From the IMG/VR virus record IMGVR_UViG_3300005528_000049: DNA of 64,000 nucleotides, one strand, 5' to 3'. Every line of letters starts with the position of its first letter. Within the stretch, counting starts at the first letter, position 1. The stretch comes from a virus. Lineage: Duplodnaviria > Heunggongvirae > Uroviricota > Caudoviricetes. The position numbers and the translations under genes were made by a program. Shown one piece after another: positions 9,794 through 19,642 of the stretch. The notes below the pieces were generated by a model. The model made no database searches, was not told where the DNA came from, and worked only from the letters and a program-made list of their open reading frames with translations.

Positions 9794-10261
9794 ATTAAAG
9801 CAGGTATTTTCTTCATCTATTACTTCAATCTGTTCTTCTGTTAAAAATGATTTAAGTATATTATAAGCTGCTAAATAAGCTGGTACCAACTGTGGGTAAA
9901 GCTTGAACTATATCATTTAATAATATGTTACTATTTGTTTGTAGGGCTGTTGTTGCTGCTGCACCTATTAACAAAGTTGTAGATGTAACTATTACATTAT
10001 TTGCAAGAGAAAGCGGTCCTAAATCATTAAGATTAGGAGTTCTAATTACTGTATCATTGTTATAATATTAAGGAGGATTACTACCTATTTGTCTATGTTG
10101 TCTACTGTACCAATATTTTCAATTTGTAAGACTCCAGTATTGTTAGTTGGATATACTATATTAAATGCTGAACTTCTATTTCCTAAATCTGGTGTCATAA
10201 TATCACTATATAGATTTTTTTTAATATTTTCTTAAATACTATCTCAGATTAATATTTTATA

Positions 10262-10618
10262 ATGTGTAATAGTTTGTTTAAAGCTGCTAAGGCAGGCACA
10301 TATCAAAGAGTTACCTATCCACACTTAGTAAAAGTAATTCCTTTAAAAAATAGCTTGCAAGATTTAGATTTATTAGCCAAATCTATAGCATATACTCTAG
10401 TCACTCCATATAACCAAAGAGTAGATTTTCACTGGAGATTACTTAGTAGATTTATATGTAATACAGAAGAAAATTATATATCACTTGTTTTTAAGTCGCC
10501 TAATAATCTGAAAGATTTAAAGGTAACCTATATACATAATTTAGATGATCTTAAGTTGTTTCCTTCTCTAAGAGATAAGGTTTTAAGTAATTTATTACAA
10601 ATTATAAGAGATGAATAA
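10262..10618 (+). CDS. hypothetical protein
   Basis: 118-aa ORF. Confidence 0.45.
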   Translation: MCNSLFKAAKAGTYQRVTYPHLVKVIPLKNSLQDLDLLAKSIAYTLVTPYNQRVDFHWRLLSRFICNTEENYISLVFKSPNNLKDLKVTYIHNLDDLKLFPSLRDKVLSNLLQIIRDE

Positions 10619-11034
10619 TGAAACAGACAGATGTAATCTTACCTATTAATTGTAAAGCTCAGGGAGGTGTTTTACAAGTGGCCGTTGTAAATACAACTAA
10701 GTTTGGAACACAAGTTATTAAACTTAGTAATGAGCATCCAATGTTTATTGTTGTAGCTGTGGAGCCTGATGAATGGGTTAAAGTTAGCATAGATGAAAGA
10801 CAGACTATAAAAATGGACCCTACACTTTCAACAGGGTTAACTAATCAGTTTAATTACATTACTTATAATATTACAGCAGAGAAAACAAGCAGTGCTGTAG
10901 ATCCTAATTGTGATTATTTTATTACTAAGTCTAATCAGTTAGATAAGAATAGTAAAACTAAGAAGCAAAGAGTTTTAAAGAATGCTAATAGTACAAGACA
11001 AACTAATAAAATAGAAAATAATAAAGTAGTTTAA
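10618..11034 (+). CDS. hypothetical protein
   Basis: 138 aa; ATGA overlap with the upstream gene. Confidence 0.45.
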   Translation: MKQTDVILPINCKAQGGVLQVAVVNTTKFGTQVIKLSNEHPMFIVVAVEPDEWVKVSIDERQTIKMDPTLSTGLTNQFNYITYNITAEKTSSAVDPNCDYFITKSNQLDKNSKTKKQRVLKNANSTRQTNKIENNKVV

Positions 11035-11043
11035 ATAAATAAT

Positions 11044-11074
11044 AAAAACCTATTAGATGTCTAATAGGTTTTTA
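11044..11074. terminator. bidirectional rho-independent terminator
   Basis: aaaaacctattagATGTctaataggttttt: 10-bp perfect stem with flanking A/T runs between convergent genes. Confidence 0.7.
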
Positions 11075-11100
11075 TTATTTGTACTTTTTACTATATCTAT

Positions 11101-11376
11101 TTATACAGCTTCATATCCATATTTTGTTGCTGTATATTCTTCATAAAAGTTTATAATTAGATCTAATAACTGTTGAGGTATAGGTAATTCAATAGTGCCA
11201 CTTTCAATTTGAACTGAGGTATCTATTTGATTAGGTATATGTAATGGAATACTGTGATTAAATTCTACAAGTGCCATATTACTATTTAAATCTAATGTAA
11301 TTTTTGGAATATCTACAATAACCTCAGGCAGCTTTGAACTGTAGTTTATTGATACACTGTTAAGAATCCTTTTCAT
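11101..11376 (-). CDS. hypothetical protein
   Basis: 91-aa ORF at the 3' end of the minus-strand structural block. Confidence 0.4.
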   Translation of the reverse strand: MKRILNSVSINYSSKLPEVIVDIPKITLDLNSNMALVEFNHSIPLHIPNQIDTSVQIESGTIELPIPQQLLDLIINFYEEYTATKYGYEAV

Positions 11377-11383
11377 ATTTTTT

Positions 11384-14212
11384 TTAAAAGAATAATGGTA
11401 CTCTAAAGCACTGTGTATTTGAACTTCTATTTATCCATAAATAAGAGCTTCCTTCTTCAGAGGTAAATACTTCCATTTTGTTACCAATAGTTGCAGTTGG
11501 TGCTGCAAATGGCATAAAGCCAGCTCCATGTATATTATTTGTTACTGTATCTAAATAATATAATCTTTGAGTTGCATCTTTATTAAAGTATATTCTATCT
11601 ACATTATCATAAGCATACATTGATCCAGTGGACAAAGTTTCAAATTGAGGTGTTACAGGCATCATTTCAAATTTATCATTAGTTATGTCTAAAGAGTCAA
11701 ATCCAAATTGGGCACCGCCTCTTGCACAAATGATATATCTACCTCTTCTAGTTGCATTAGTACCTCCAAATGTAGGTATTAATTCAATACCAGTACCTCT
11801 AATTGGCTGTTGCAATATTACATAACTTGTAACTAGAGTTACAGGTGCAGTTGTAGTACTAAATGTTAATGTGTTAGCTGTATTAGATGTAATTGCAACT
11901 TCAACAGATTGTCCAGTTCCACCAATTAATTTAAGTCTTCTACCTGCAAAAAAGTTAACAACCCATCCAGTAGAAGTAATTGTAGTACTTACTAGTGTTT
12001 GACTAATAGATACTACATATGTACCAATTCTTCCATTAGTATTTGGTCCATATCCAATAACAGTTGTCCCTGCTGTACCTCCAACAATTACAGAGCCAAT
12101 AGTTAAATAACCTGCTGTTACAGCAGTAATTGTTAATATGTTTCCACTAATAGAACCCGTGCCAGAGAATGTAGATATATTAGTATCTTGTAATGTAGTA
12201 GTTGACTGTGTTCCAGTTGCTAGTCCATTAGCCATTTGTCCTTCAGCATCTCTAGGACATATAATATATCTGCTAATTCCATTAACAGGTGCACTTCCAG
12301 CTACAAATGTTAAGGTAGTTGCTGTATTAGAAACTATTTGTAAAGCTTGACCTGTAGCAACACCAGTAGCAGCAGTTACAGCCGTTGTATTCATATAAAC
12401 TACATGACCAGCCCATTGATTAGTGGTCCAACTCTTGGTTGAATCAGATAATGTAGTAGTTGATTGTGTATTAGCTAATGTAGTAGAAGCTGGTGTACTA
12501 CTCATTATATAAGTGAATGTAGTAATACTTGGAACTGATGCAATTGTAAATGTCCCATTAAAGTTTGCATCTGTTGCTCCTCTAACTACAACTGACTGAC
12601 CCACTTTAAAGTTATGTGCAATTGCAGTTGTTATTGTTGCTGTTGTAGTTGCATTGCTTAAAGAGGCAATACTAACTGGTCTGTTATCAGCAAATCTAAC
12701 TGAAGCATTACTTGCTATACCAAAATCAGCAACTCTACCATACGTAGCTAAGTCTTCATCAATGTTGTGATTTAATACAGCAGCTTGACCACCTAACATT
12801 AGATATAAGTTGTTGGAGTTACCTTGTATTTTGTAAATACTAGTAGAGTCTGGAGCAACAAATGGTTTGTAGAATGTAAGAGTAGTTGCAGTGTTGGAAA
12901 GAATAGGAATTAGTTGACCAGCGCCAGCACCACTAATTATTCTTAATGAGTAATTCTTCCATCTATTTATTGTCCAATTCTTACTACTATCAACAAGTGT
13001 TGTTGTAGTTCCACTAGATGCAATACCAGCATCATAACCATCAATAAAATATCTACTAGTTGAGTTAGGTATTGTTGTCCAAGTAGCAGAAGAACCAGAG
13101 ATAGCATCTATAGTTAATGTATCTACTGTATTAGATAAAATAGATCTAATTTGTTGAGCGCCTGTACCAGAGTAAATCCTTACTGAATATCCAGCCCATT
13201 GATTAGGTGACCACTTAGCATTAGTGTCTTGTAATGTACTAGTAGTTTGTGTACCTGTAGCTGTACCTCTATACCAAATAGATGCATGTTCTCCAACAGA
13301 TGACATTGCAGAGTCAGTTGCAACAGATGATACATTATTAGTGTTAGCTGTTTTAATATACCAAGTATCAGTTAGTACATCATATTGCTGTAATGTATAA
13401 AAAGGTGTTGCAGCAGCAGAAGAGAATAAATAAGCTGTTCCACCTTCTATTCTATATCTAGATGTTGAATCAGGTGTAATAGCCCAATTAGAATCAATAG
13501 ATACTATGGCTGATTCTATCTGATAAATTGATTGTGATCCAGCAGTAGATGATATTGCAGGAGAAAATGTCTGAGAATTACAGAAGGGTTCATAAGAAGA
13601 TAATGTACTATCCGCAAAAACTAATTGAGTAGCTGTATTAGATATAATTCTTCTTACTTGCCCTACTCCTGATCCAGATACAATTCTTGCAGAGTAATCT
13701 TTCCATTGATTAATAGCCCAAGTTTTTGTTGTATCAGTTATAGATATAGAACCAATTGTATTAGACACAGCAGTTGCTACACCTGTATCGGCAATGATTG
13801 GGTCTGATACATCACTAATTAATCTTCTTTGTCCTGAACCAGTACCACTAATTATCTTTATATCAAAAGTGTTGTAAGTTTTGCCAAAATAAGGAGCTAT
13901 TTGTGCAGTAGATGATGTGGCTGATATTAAGTTTGCTTCTATTCCAGCACCACCACTAAATCTTATATTGGTCCAAGTTGTAGGGGCAATAGGTGGAGAG
14001 GATAATTGTAAATAAGTATCTGTAATTGTGTCATATTTCCAAAAATTAGTAGCATTTAACAAGTAGTAAATGTATCTACCAAATGTAGGATGAAACATTG
14101 AATTGTCTGAACTACAAGCACAACTAATAGCACTAGAAACTACTGGAGCTTGTCTTAATGCTTCCCAAGGAGGTAAGTTTATATGTTTTTTTAGAGAGGA
14201 TATAAATGCCAT
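11384..14212 (-). CDS. large repeat-containing structural protein (tail fibre / receptor-binding candidate)
   Basis: 942 aa; several internal repeats of the form ...W(A/T)xNQW(K/A)xYS(A/L)RI(V/I)SG(S/A)G(V/A)GQ(V/L)...ILSNTA(T/D)TLTF...; Gly/Thr/Ser-rich. Confidence 0.65.
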   Translation of the reverse strand: MAFISSLKKHINLPPWEALRQAPVVSSAISCACSSDNSMFHPTFGRYIYYLLNATNFWKYDTITDTYLQLSSPPIAPTTWTNIRFSGGAGIEANLISATSSTAQIAPYFGKTYNTFDIKIISGTGSGQRRLISDVSDPIIADTGVATAVSNTIGSISITDTTKTWAINQWKDYSARIVSGSGVGQVRRIISNTATQLVFADSTLSSYEPFCNSQTFSPAISSTAGSQSIYQIESAIVSIDSNWAITPDSTSRYRIEGGTAYLFSSAAATPFYTLQQYDVLTDTWYIKTANTNNVSSVATDSAMSSVGEHASIWYRGTATGTQTTSTLQDTNAKWSPNQWAGYSVRIYSGTGAQQIRSILSNTVDTLTIDAISGSSATWTTIPNSTSRYFIDGYDAGIASSGTTTTLVDSSKNWTINRWKNYSLRIISGAGAGQLIPILSNTATTLTFYKPFVAPDSTSIYKIQGNSNNLYLMLGGQAAVLNHNIDEDLATYGRVADFGIASNASVRFADNRPVSIASLSNATTTATITTAIAHNFKVGQSVVVRGATDANFNGTFTIASVPSITTFTYIMSSTPASTTLANTQSTTTLSDSTKSWTTNQWAGHVVYMNTTAVTAATGVATGQALQIVSNTATTLTFVAGSAPVNGISRYIICPRDAEGQMANGLATGTQSTTTLQDTNISTFSGTGSISGNILTITAVTAGYLTIGSVIVGGTAGTTVIGYGPNTNGRIGTYVVSISQTLVSTTITSTGWVVNFFAGRRLKLIGGTGQSVEVAITSNTANTLTFSTTTAPVTLVTSYVILQQPIRGTGIELIPTFGGTNATRRGRYIICARGGAQFGFDSLDITNDKFEMMPVTPQFETLSTGSMYAYDNVDRIYFNKDATQRLYYLDTVTNNIHGAGFMPFAAPTATIGNKMEVFTSEEGSSYLWINRSSNTQCFRVPLFF

Positions 14213-14218
14213 TTATTT

Positions 14219-14800
14219 TTATTTAGGTAATATTGCTGTATTATAAGCTGATCTGAGATTCATCATATATAAATCATAACCAACACCTAATCCATTAGCT
14301 CCAATAGCAGTATCAACTGGATTAGTTATTGTAGCTACTGTACCAACGTTAGTTATTGTAGCTACTGTACCAACGTTAGTAACTGTTGGTAATGTTACAC
14401 CTGCACTAATTGAATCAACAGTTTGTAAAGTTCTTTGTGAAGAATCAGTGTTTGTTAGAGGTAATAAACTTGTTAATATTTTACTTAACATTGCAATATT
14501 ATCCTCAGAGGTTACTCTAAGTTCACCCTCATTATTAACTGTTAAGTCTCTTGATGAATCATCATAGTATATTTGTAATGTGTCAGAATCATTCATTACA
14601 GTTGTATCAAATTGTAATGTTAATACATTATTTAATACAGTTCCACCTTTACCACTAATTGCAAAATTGTATATTTGTGTATTAGTAACAAGATTAGTAA
14701 TTATTAATATTGATTCTAAATCAATATCAGTATAATCTAACAGTGTTACGGTTTTTGCTGATGCATTAAATGAATAGTTTTTTAAAGGTGCTAGTTTCAT
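14219..14800 (-). CDS. hypothetical structural protein
   Basis: 193 aa; contains exact tandem repeat TNVGTVATITNVGTVATITN encoded by a 27-nt DNA duplication (about 14328-14386). Confidence 0.5.
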   Translation of the reverse strand: MKLAPLKNYSFNASAKTVTLLDYTDIDLESILIITNLVTNTQIYNFAISGKGGTVLNNVLTLQFDTTVMNDSDTLQIYYDDSSRDLTVNNEGELRVTSEDNIAMLSKILTSLLPLTNTDSSQRTLQTVDSISAGVTLPTVTNVGTVATITNVGTVATITNPVDTAIGANGLGVGYDLYMMNLRSAYNTAILPK

Positions 14801-14808
14801 TTTGTTTA

Positions 14809-15219
14809 TTAAAGTGCTATTGAATAAGCTATTGCAAGTTCCTCTGATATTCCACTAGAACTGCTATTTGTTGGTTGAATTGAGCTGTTAATGTAATTCC
14901 ATTTGTTATCAGTTGCATTATATATAAAGAATAAATAGTCTTCTTTATTTAATCCTGTAGTTAGAGTTGGTATAGCATTATTGCTAGATGTTGAATAACC
15001 GCTATCAAATGATATTGATCTCTGTAAGGAACTAGTTATTCTTATTTGTAATGATTGACCCTCTGTAGGATTTCCAGTTGGTGTTTGAAAGGTACATGCT
15101 TGTGATAAAGATGGCAAAACTCCAATGATAGTAGTATTAGAATCTATACTAATAATACTTGCATCTGTAAGAGTTGTTACTCTATTTAATTGACTAAATC
15201 TTGCAGTTGTTGGAGCCAT
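14809..15219 (-). CDS. hypothetical structural protein
   Basis: 136-aa ORF in structural block. Confidence 0.45.
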   Translation of the reverse strand: MAPTTARFSQLNRVTTLTDASIISIDSNTTIIGVLPSLSQACTFQTPTGNPTEGQSLQIRITSSLQRSISFDSGYSTSSNNAIPTLTTGLNKEDYLFFIYNATDNKWNYINSSIQPTNSSSSGISEELAIAYSIAL

Positions 15220-15227
15220 TTATTTAA

Positions 15228-16058
15228 TTATTTTCTATATGATACTCTAATCTTGTCAGCAGCAGTTGGTGCAAATAAGGTAGTTATTACGGCGTTAGAA
15301 ATTGTATAATCATTGCTAGCGCCAACATCTAGTAATATACCATTGAAATACACATGTTCACTGCCAGCAACAGGTGTGGCAGTTAATGTGAATGTAGTAT
15401 TAGACCCATTTAAAGCTCCTGTTGGTATCTCTTTATCAACAAAGTTACTACCTGTTAAACCAGCAGCATTAACTTGTATAAATGTAACAGGTGTTGTACC
15501 TAATGTACCACCACTAGCAACATTACAAAGCCACATTGTATTTCCATAAACAGAACCACCAGATTCAACTGTAAATAAAGCGCCTGGGAATTCAGTCCAA
15601 ACATCCATTTGAGTAATTCTAGTTAAAGGTGAACTAGATCCATTGAATGTATATAAACCATTTTCAGAGGGAGCTGTTTGTGCTCTTACAAATAGAATTT
15701 CAGTTGGATTTAAAGTAACTGTGTCAAATACTGCTGTAGCTGGATTGGTTAATGCAATATTACCTGTAGTAGCTGCTTTAGCACTTGGTTTAGAATCAAA
15801 TAGGCTATTTAAATTAGATATTTGAGTGTCAACATAAGCTTGGTTTACAGCGTCTGTTGAGTTAGAAGGTGAAGCTAAATTAGTAATTCTTTGGCCACCT
15901 AAGTTAACAGCACCAGTAAATGTTACTGTACCATCTCTTTTAACAAAGTCAGCACCTTCAGCTAACTTATTAGTTGTAATACCAGCACCTGCTCCAATCT
16001 TACTATTATTAATAGCGCCATCTTGAATTTGTCTTGTTGCAATTTGTGTTAATGCCAT
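15228..16058 (-). CDS. tail fibre-like protein
   Basis: N-terminal region ...GAVNLGGQRITNLASPSNSTDAVNQAYVD... matches the motif widely conserved in phage tail-fibre proteins (xxITNLAxPxxxTDAVNKxYVD). Confidence 0.6.
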   Translation of the reverse strand: MALTQIATRQIQDGAINNSKIGAGAGITTNKLAEGADFVKRDGTVTFTGAVNLGGQRITNLASPSNSTDAVNQAYVDTQISNLNSLFDSKPSAKAATTGNIALTNPATAVFDTVTLNPTEILFVRAQTAPSENGLYTFNGSSSPLTRITQMDVWTEFPGALFTVESGGSVYGNTMWLCNVASGGTLGTTPVTFIQVNAAGLTGSNFVDKEIPTGALNGSNTTFTLTATPVAGSEHVYFNGILLDVGASNDYTISNAVITTLFAPTAADKIRVSYRK

Positions 16059-16077
16059 TTACTTATACTTTATATAA

Positions 16078-16416
16078 TTATAATTTTATGTAGTCTATTG
16101 TTGTAATATCTGTTATTAATGGAGGACTTACAAATGTTATAGTATTATTTCCTGCTGTAATGTAATCATTTATAATAGTTTGTCTAAGACCATTAACATA
16201 TACTATTAAAGTTGCTGGTATAAAGCTATTTATTGATGTAAATACAGGATTAATGCCATTAACTATACCTGCTGGTATCTCTGCATATACAAACTTATTA
16301 GCTAATTGTGCAGGGTTTATAGTCCATAAAGTACCTTCCAAAGATACTGTAATATCTCCTTTGTTACCGTCAGTCACATTATTTCTTTGTGTAATAGCGT
16401 TTATAGTAACTTGCAT
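16078..16416 (-). CDS. hypothetical structural protein
   Basis: 112-aa ORF. Confidence 0.45.
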   Translation of the reverse strand: MQVTINAITQRNNVTDGNKGDITVSLEGTLWTINPAQLANKFVYAEIPAGIVNGINPVFTSINSFIPATLIVYVNGLRQTIINDYITAGNNTITFVSPPLITDITTIDYIKL

Positions 16417-16440
16417 TGTAAATCTCTTTAATATTAATAA

Positions 16441-16860
16441 TTATCTTTTTTCTATTACTAATATATATTTGACTTCAATTATATTTGGATTTGTAAATTG
16501 AGCGCCCACAGGTCCAGAGAATCCTGTTGGATTAGTTATTAGTACTTCTTCAATTTCAGTTAGATTAGTAAAGCCTGTTCTACTTGGTCCAACATCTAAC
16601 GTAAATGTATTAGTTAATAGTTCAAATGACTCATTTATATTGATTGTAAATGAGTTATTACTGTTAATTACTAAGTATCTTAAAGTGTATAAAGGATCTA
16701 TGTTTACTGTTAATGTAAATGGATCTCCTTTTGCTATTGCTACAGAGTTAAATTGATATAGGTGATCAGGTGTTAACTCAAATGTCTTAGGTAATACCCA
16801 CTTTATATTTGTTGATACTCCATCTGTTATTTCACTAGCTATGTTATACTTTACAAGCAT
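16441..16860 (-). CDS. hypothetical structural protein
   Basis: 139-aa ORF; first gene of the minus-strand block (divergent from 16929). Confidence 0.45.
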   Translation of the reverse strand: MLVKYNIASEITDGVSTNIKWVLPKTFELTPDHLYQFNSVAIAKGDPFTLTVNIDPLYTLRYLVINSNNSFTININESFELLTNTFTLDVGPSRTGFTNLTEIEEVLITNPTGFSGPVGAQFTNPNIIEVKYILVIEKR

Positions 16861-16928
16861 TTATTTATCTAATATTTATCTACATTATTTACTACAAATA
16901 AAATAACTTTTTCAATCAATACAAATGT

Positions 16929-17426
16929 ATGCTGCTTGTTAATTGTCCTTATATATATGAAATGAATTGCACTAATGCAGGAGAGAAATGCTCTGAATGT
17001 ATTGCTGGTGTTGGTACTGGTAAATTATATTATAAGCCCCTTAATAGAAAAATAAAGGACTTAAAAGATCATCCTGCTAAAGACATTAAAGCCAGTAATA
17101 GAGGTAAAGAATGTAATAAAAGAGGTAGAAAAGTAGAGGCTCAATTAGTAAAAGATTTTGGCTTAGAAGCCACTGAAGCTAGTGGAGCAAAGTTTAGAGA
17201 TGGTGATGGTATATTACTACTTCCTAATGGTGATGAAATACATATATCTATTAAGAGTAGAACTACAGTAAATAAGTTAGCTATTACTCCAAAAGAATAT
17301 AGAATAGATGAAATACATTTAATTAATAGTAAAGAATATGGAACTATTGTTATAATGTCTAAACTTGTATTTGATCAGTTGGAGAATGGATATGTCAGAC
17401 AAGAACAAGAGACAATACAGCCTTAA
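16929..17426 (+). CDS. Cys-rich (zinc-finger) protein, possible nuclease
   Basis: N-terminal CPYIYEMNCTNAGEKCSEC cluster; downstream GDGILLLPNGDEIHISIKS could be a degenerate PD-(D/E)xK-like core; function not established. Confidence 0.4.
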   Translation: MLLVNCPYIYEMNCTNAGEKCSECIAGVGTGKLYYKPLNRKIKDLKDHPAKDIKASNRGKECNKRGRKVEAQLVKDFGLEATEASGAKFRDGDGILLLPNGDEIHISIKSRTTVNKLAITPKEYRIDEIHLINSKEYGTIVIMSKLVFDQLENGYVRQEQETIQP

Positions 17427-17730
17427 AGAGCTTTCTGGTAAGTATAAAAGAAAGTTAAAGAGAATAAATAAGAGAGTATTAAAAGCTCAACTAAATAGAG
17501 AAATAATTAAAGAACTAGATAAAAATCCTGTTGATGATTTAGTTATGAGTGGGCGGATTACTGACGCTAATTATCAAGATTATAATACACTTGAACATGA
17601 TGATTGGTTAAGGTATCTAGGAAGAACTTGGACATTAGAAGATGAGTTAGAATATTGTGATCAAGTGTATGAAGATTGCAACTTTGAACAAGAGGAGGAT
17701 AAAATAATTAAAGCTATGGAAGCTCTTTAA
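17365..17730 (+). CDS. hypothetical protein
   Basis: 121-aa ORF overlapping the 3' end of the previous ORF in another frame; true start may be internal. Confidence 0.35.
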   Translation: MYLISWRMDMSDKNKRQYSLKELSGKYKRKLKRINKRVLKAQLNREIIKELDKNPVDDLVMSGRITDANYQDYNTLEHDDWLRYLGRTWTLEDELEYCDQVYEDCNFEQEEDKIIKAMEAL

Positions 17731-17890
17731 GATGTTAGAGACTATCAACAAGCTTTTATAGAGTTGAGTAGTGAAGGAAGGGTTAATAAATACTTCAAGG
17801 GAGGTATTAATACTTTTATAGAAGATTTTAATAATGCATTAGAATAATTAAGTTTGCCTCTTAAGGTTAATCTTATTAGGTATTATGTAA

Positions 17891-18907
17891 GTGGATTTAA
17901 AAGAGTATGTAAAGCTAACTGAAAAGGTAGTTGGTAAAAAGCAAGTTTGTATTGGTAACCAAGTTGAAGTTGAAAGATTTAAACTTGAATCTCCTTCTAT
18001 AAATCACTTGTTAGGTGGCGGCGTTCCACATGGTACTATTATTGAAATATATGGGCCAGAACAAACAACTAAGTCATTGTTAGCTATGTATATAGCAGCT
18101 CAACTACAAAAACAAACTGATAGATTTGTTGGCTATGTACAGGCTGCAGAGTTTGGCTATACTTCTTGTCATGCTACTAATATAGGATTAGACCCAGATA
18201 AAGTATTATTAGTAGATGCAACAAGTGCTGAAGAAGCCTTACAATGTACTAGATCATTTCTTACTGAAGACTTCTGTGCTGTCATTATTGATAGTGTTGC
18301 TGGCTTAGTTCCAGAGAAGTTAACAGATGAAAGTAAAGAGATTGGTGATGTATTTGTAATGGGTATTAGAGCTAGACTGTTAAGTGAAAATCTTCCACAG
18401 TTTAGTGTTAAATGTAAAAAGAATGATGTAGTACTTATTCTTATTAATCAGGTTAGAAATACTAACTTAAGTGGATATGGTAATCCAGAAGGTAGTATGG
18501 GTGGTAAGGGTTTACCTTATTGGGCTTCTATTAGACTAATGACAACTAAGAAGGCTCTTAAATCACCAGATGAAGAAGGCATTAATAACTTTGATGTTCA
18601 GATTAAATGTATAAAATCTAAATATGGTAAAGCACTAAGAAGCATTGAAATGCAAGTAGATCTTGAACAAGATAGTATTGATAAAACTATTACTAATACT
18701 AATTACAATAAGTATATAGATGTAATTAGAATGGCCAAGAAGGAGGAACTAATAAAGGTTGCTGGTTCTTGGATCACATTAAGTTTGCCAAATTTAAGCT
18801 CTGAAGAGCCAATTAAAGTTCAAGGGGAAAACAACTTAGAAGCTAAACTAAGAGAAGATCCTGAACTATTTGAAGCTTTAAGAGATGCTGTTAATTCTAA
18901 ATGTTAA
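17891..18907 (+). CDS. RecA/UvsX-family recombinase
   Basis: 338 aa; GGGVPHGTIIEIYGPEQTTKSLL aligns with the UvsX P-loop region (T4 UvsX GPSKSFKS, also GxxxxxKS rather than GxxxxGKT); RecA-fold hydrophobic beta-strand pattern follows. Confidence 0.65.
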   Translation: MDLKEYVKLTEKVVGKKQVCIGNQVEVERFKLESPSINHLLGGGVPHGTIIEIYGPEQTTKSLLAMYIAAQLQKQTDRFVGYVQAAEFGYTSCHATNIGLDPDKVLLVDATSAEEALQCTRSFLTEDFCAVIIDSVAGLVPEKLTDESKEIGDVFVMGIRARLLSENLPQFSVKCKKNDVVLILINQVRNTNLSGYGNPEGSMGGKGLPYWASIRLMTTKKALKSPDEEGINNFDVQIKCIKSKYGKALRSIEMQVDLEQDSIDKTITNTNYNKYIDVIRMAKKEELIKVAGSWITLSLPNLSSEEPIKVQGENNLEAKLREDPELFEALRDAVNSKC

Positions 18908-18936
18908 TTTAAAAAAATAAGGACTGAAATTTAATT

Positions 18937-19200
18937 ATGGAACCTACTAATAATACTTCATTGGTTGATCTTATTCAAAATGACCCTGAGGTTATTACCG
19001 TTGCTGAAGCTAAATCTTCAAAGACTAAATCTTCTAGACAAGTTAATCTAACTACTATTCTTGCTCAATTGTCAGAGTTTACTTCTGAGGAAATCATGAG
19101 TTATCCTATTAATACTATTAGAGGTATTAAAACTCAAGGTAATAGAATTTCTAGTGTTTATGCTAAAGGCGTTGAAGAGTTGAATAATTCTGATGGCTAA
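18937..19200 (+). CDS. hypothetical protein
   Basis: 87-aa ORF. Confidence 0.4.
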   Translation: MEPTNNTSLVDLIQNDPEVITVAEAKSSKTKSSRQVNLTTILAQLSEFTSEEIMSYPINTIRGIKTQGNRISSVYAKGVEELNNSDG

Positions 19201-19642
19201 AACAAGCAATCCAATTCAAACAACAATAAAAGATTTTAAAAATCTTTTTACTAAAGAAGGCTTGAAGAAGATTTCTATTGATGATTTACTTTTATTGAAA
19301 GCCACTTTAGATTATGGAAATGAAAGGCTGAATGAACTGTCAGAGATACTTTCTTCTGCATCTTTGGGTGTGTCTCCTAATAAGAATGCCAGAAATAACT
19401 ATGCAAGGAATAATACTTCTTATGTAACTGGTTCTGTGCAGCCAATATTACCCTCAACAACTGGAAATGAGTTAGCACAAGTTAATTCAATAAGTAATTT
19501 TGATACTTCTGCAGTTGGTTTATATGATGCAGAAGCAGAGGCTAGAGCACAAAATGAGTTGTTCTTACAAACGGTTTCAGAACAACTGCCAGATGAAGTT
19601 GAAGTATTAGAAGAAATCTTTGGCTCAGTAGAAGATGCATAA
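19193..19642 (+). CDS. hypothetical protein (acidic C-terminus)
   Basis: 149 aa; overlapping start/stop with neighbours. Confidence 0.45.
   Translation: MAKTSNPIQTTIKDFKNLFTKEGLKKISIDDLLLLKATLDYGNERLNELSEILSSASLGVSPNKNARNNYARNNTSYVTGSVQPILPSTTGNELAQVNSISNFDTSAVGLYDAEAEARAQNELFLQTVSEQLPDEVEVLEEIFGSVEDA

Noticed and set aside
12138-16501. Short plus-strand ORFs (12138..12350, 15313..15549, 15643..15825, 16253..16501) inside the minus-strand structural block
   Set aside because: All are antisense to longer, motif-bearing structural genes.
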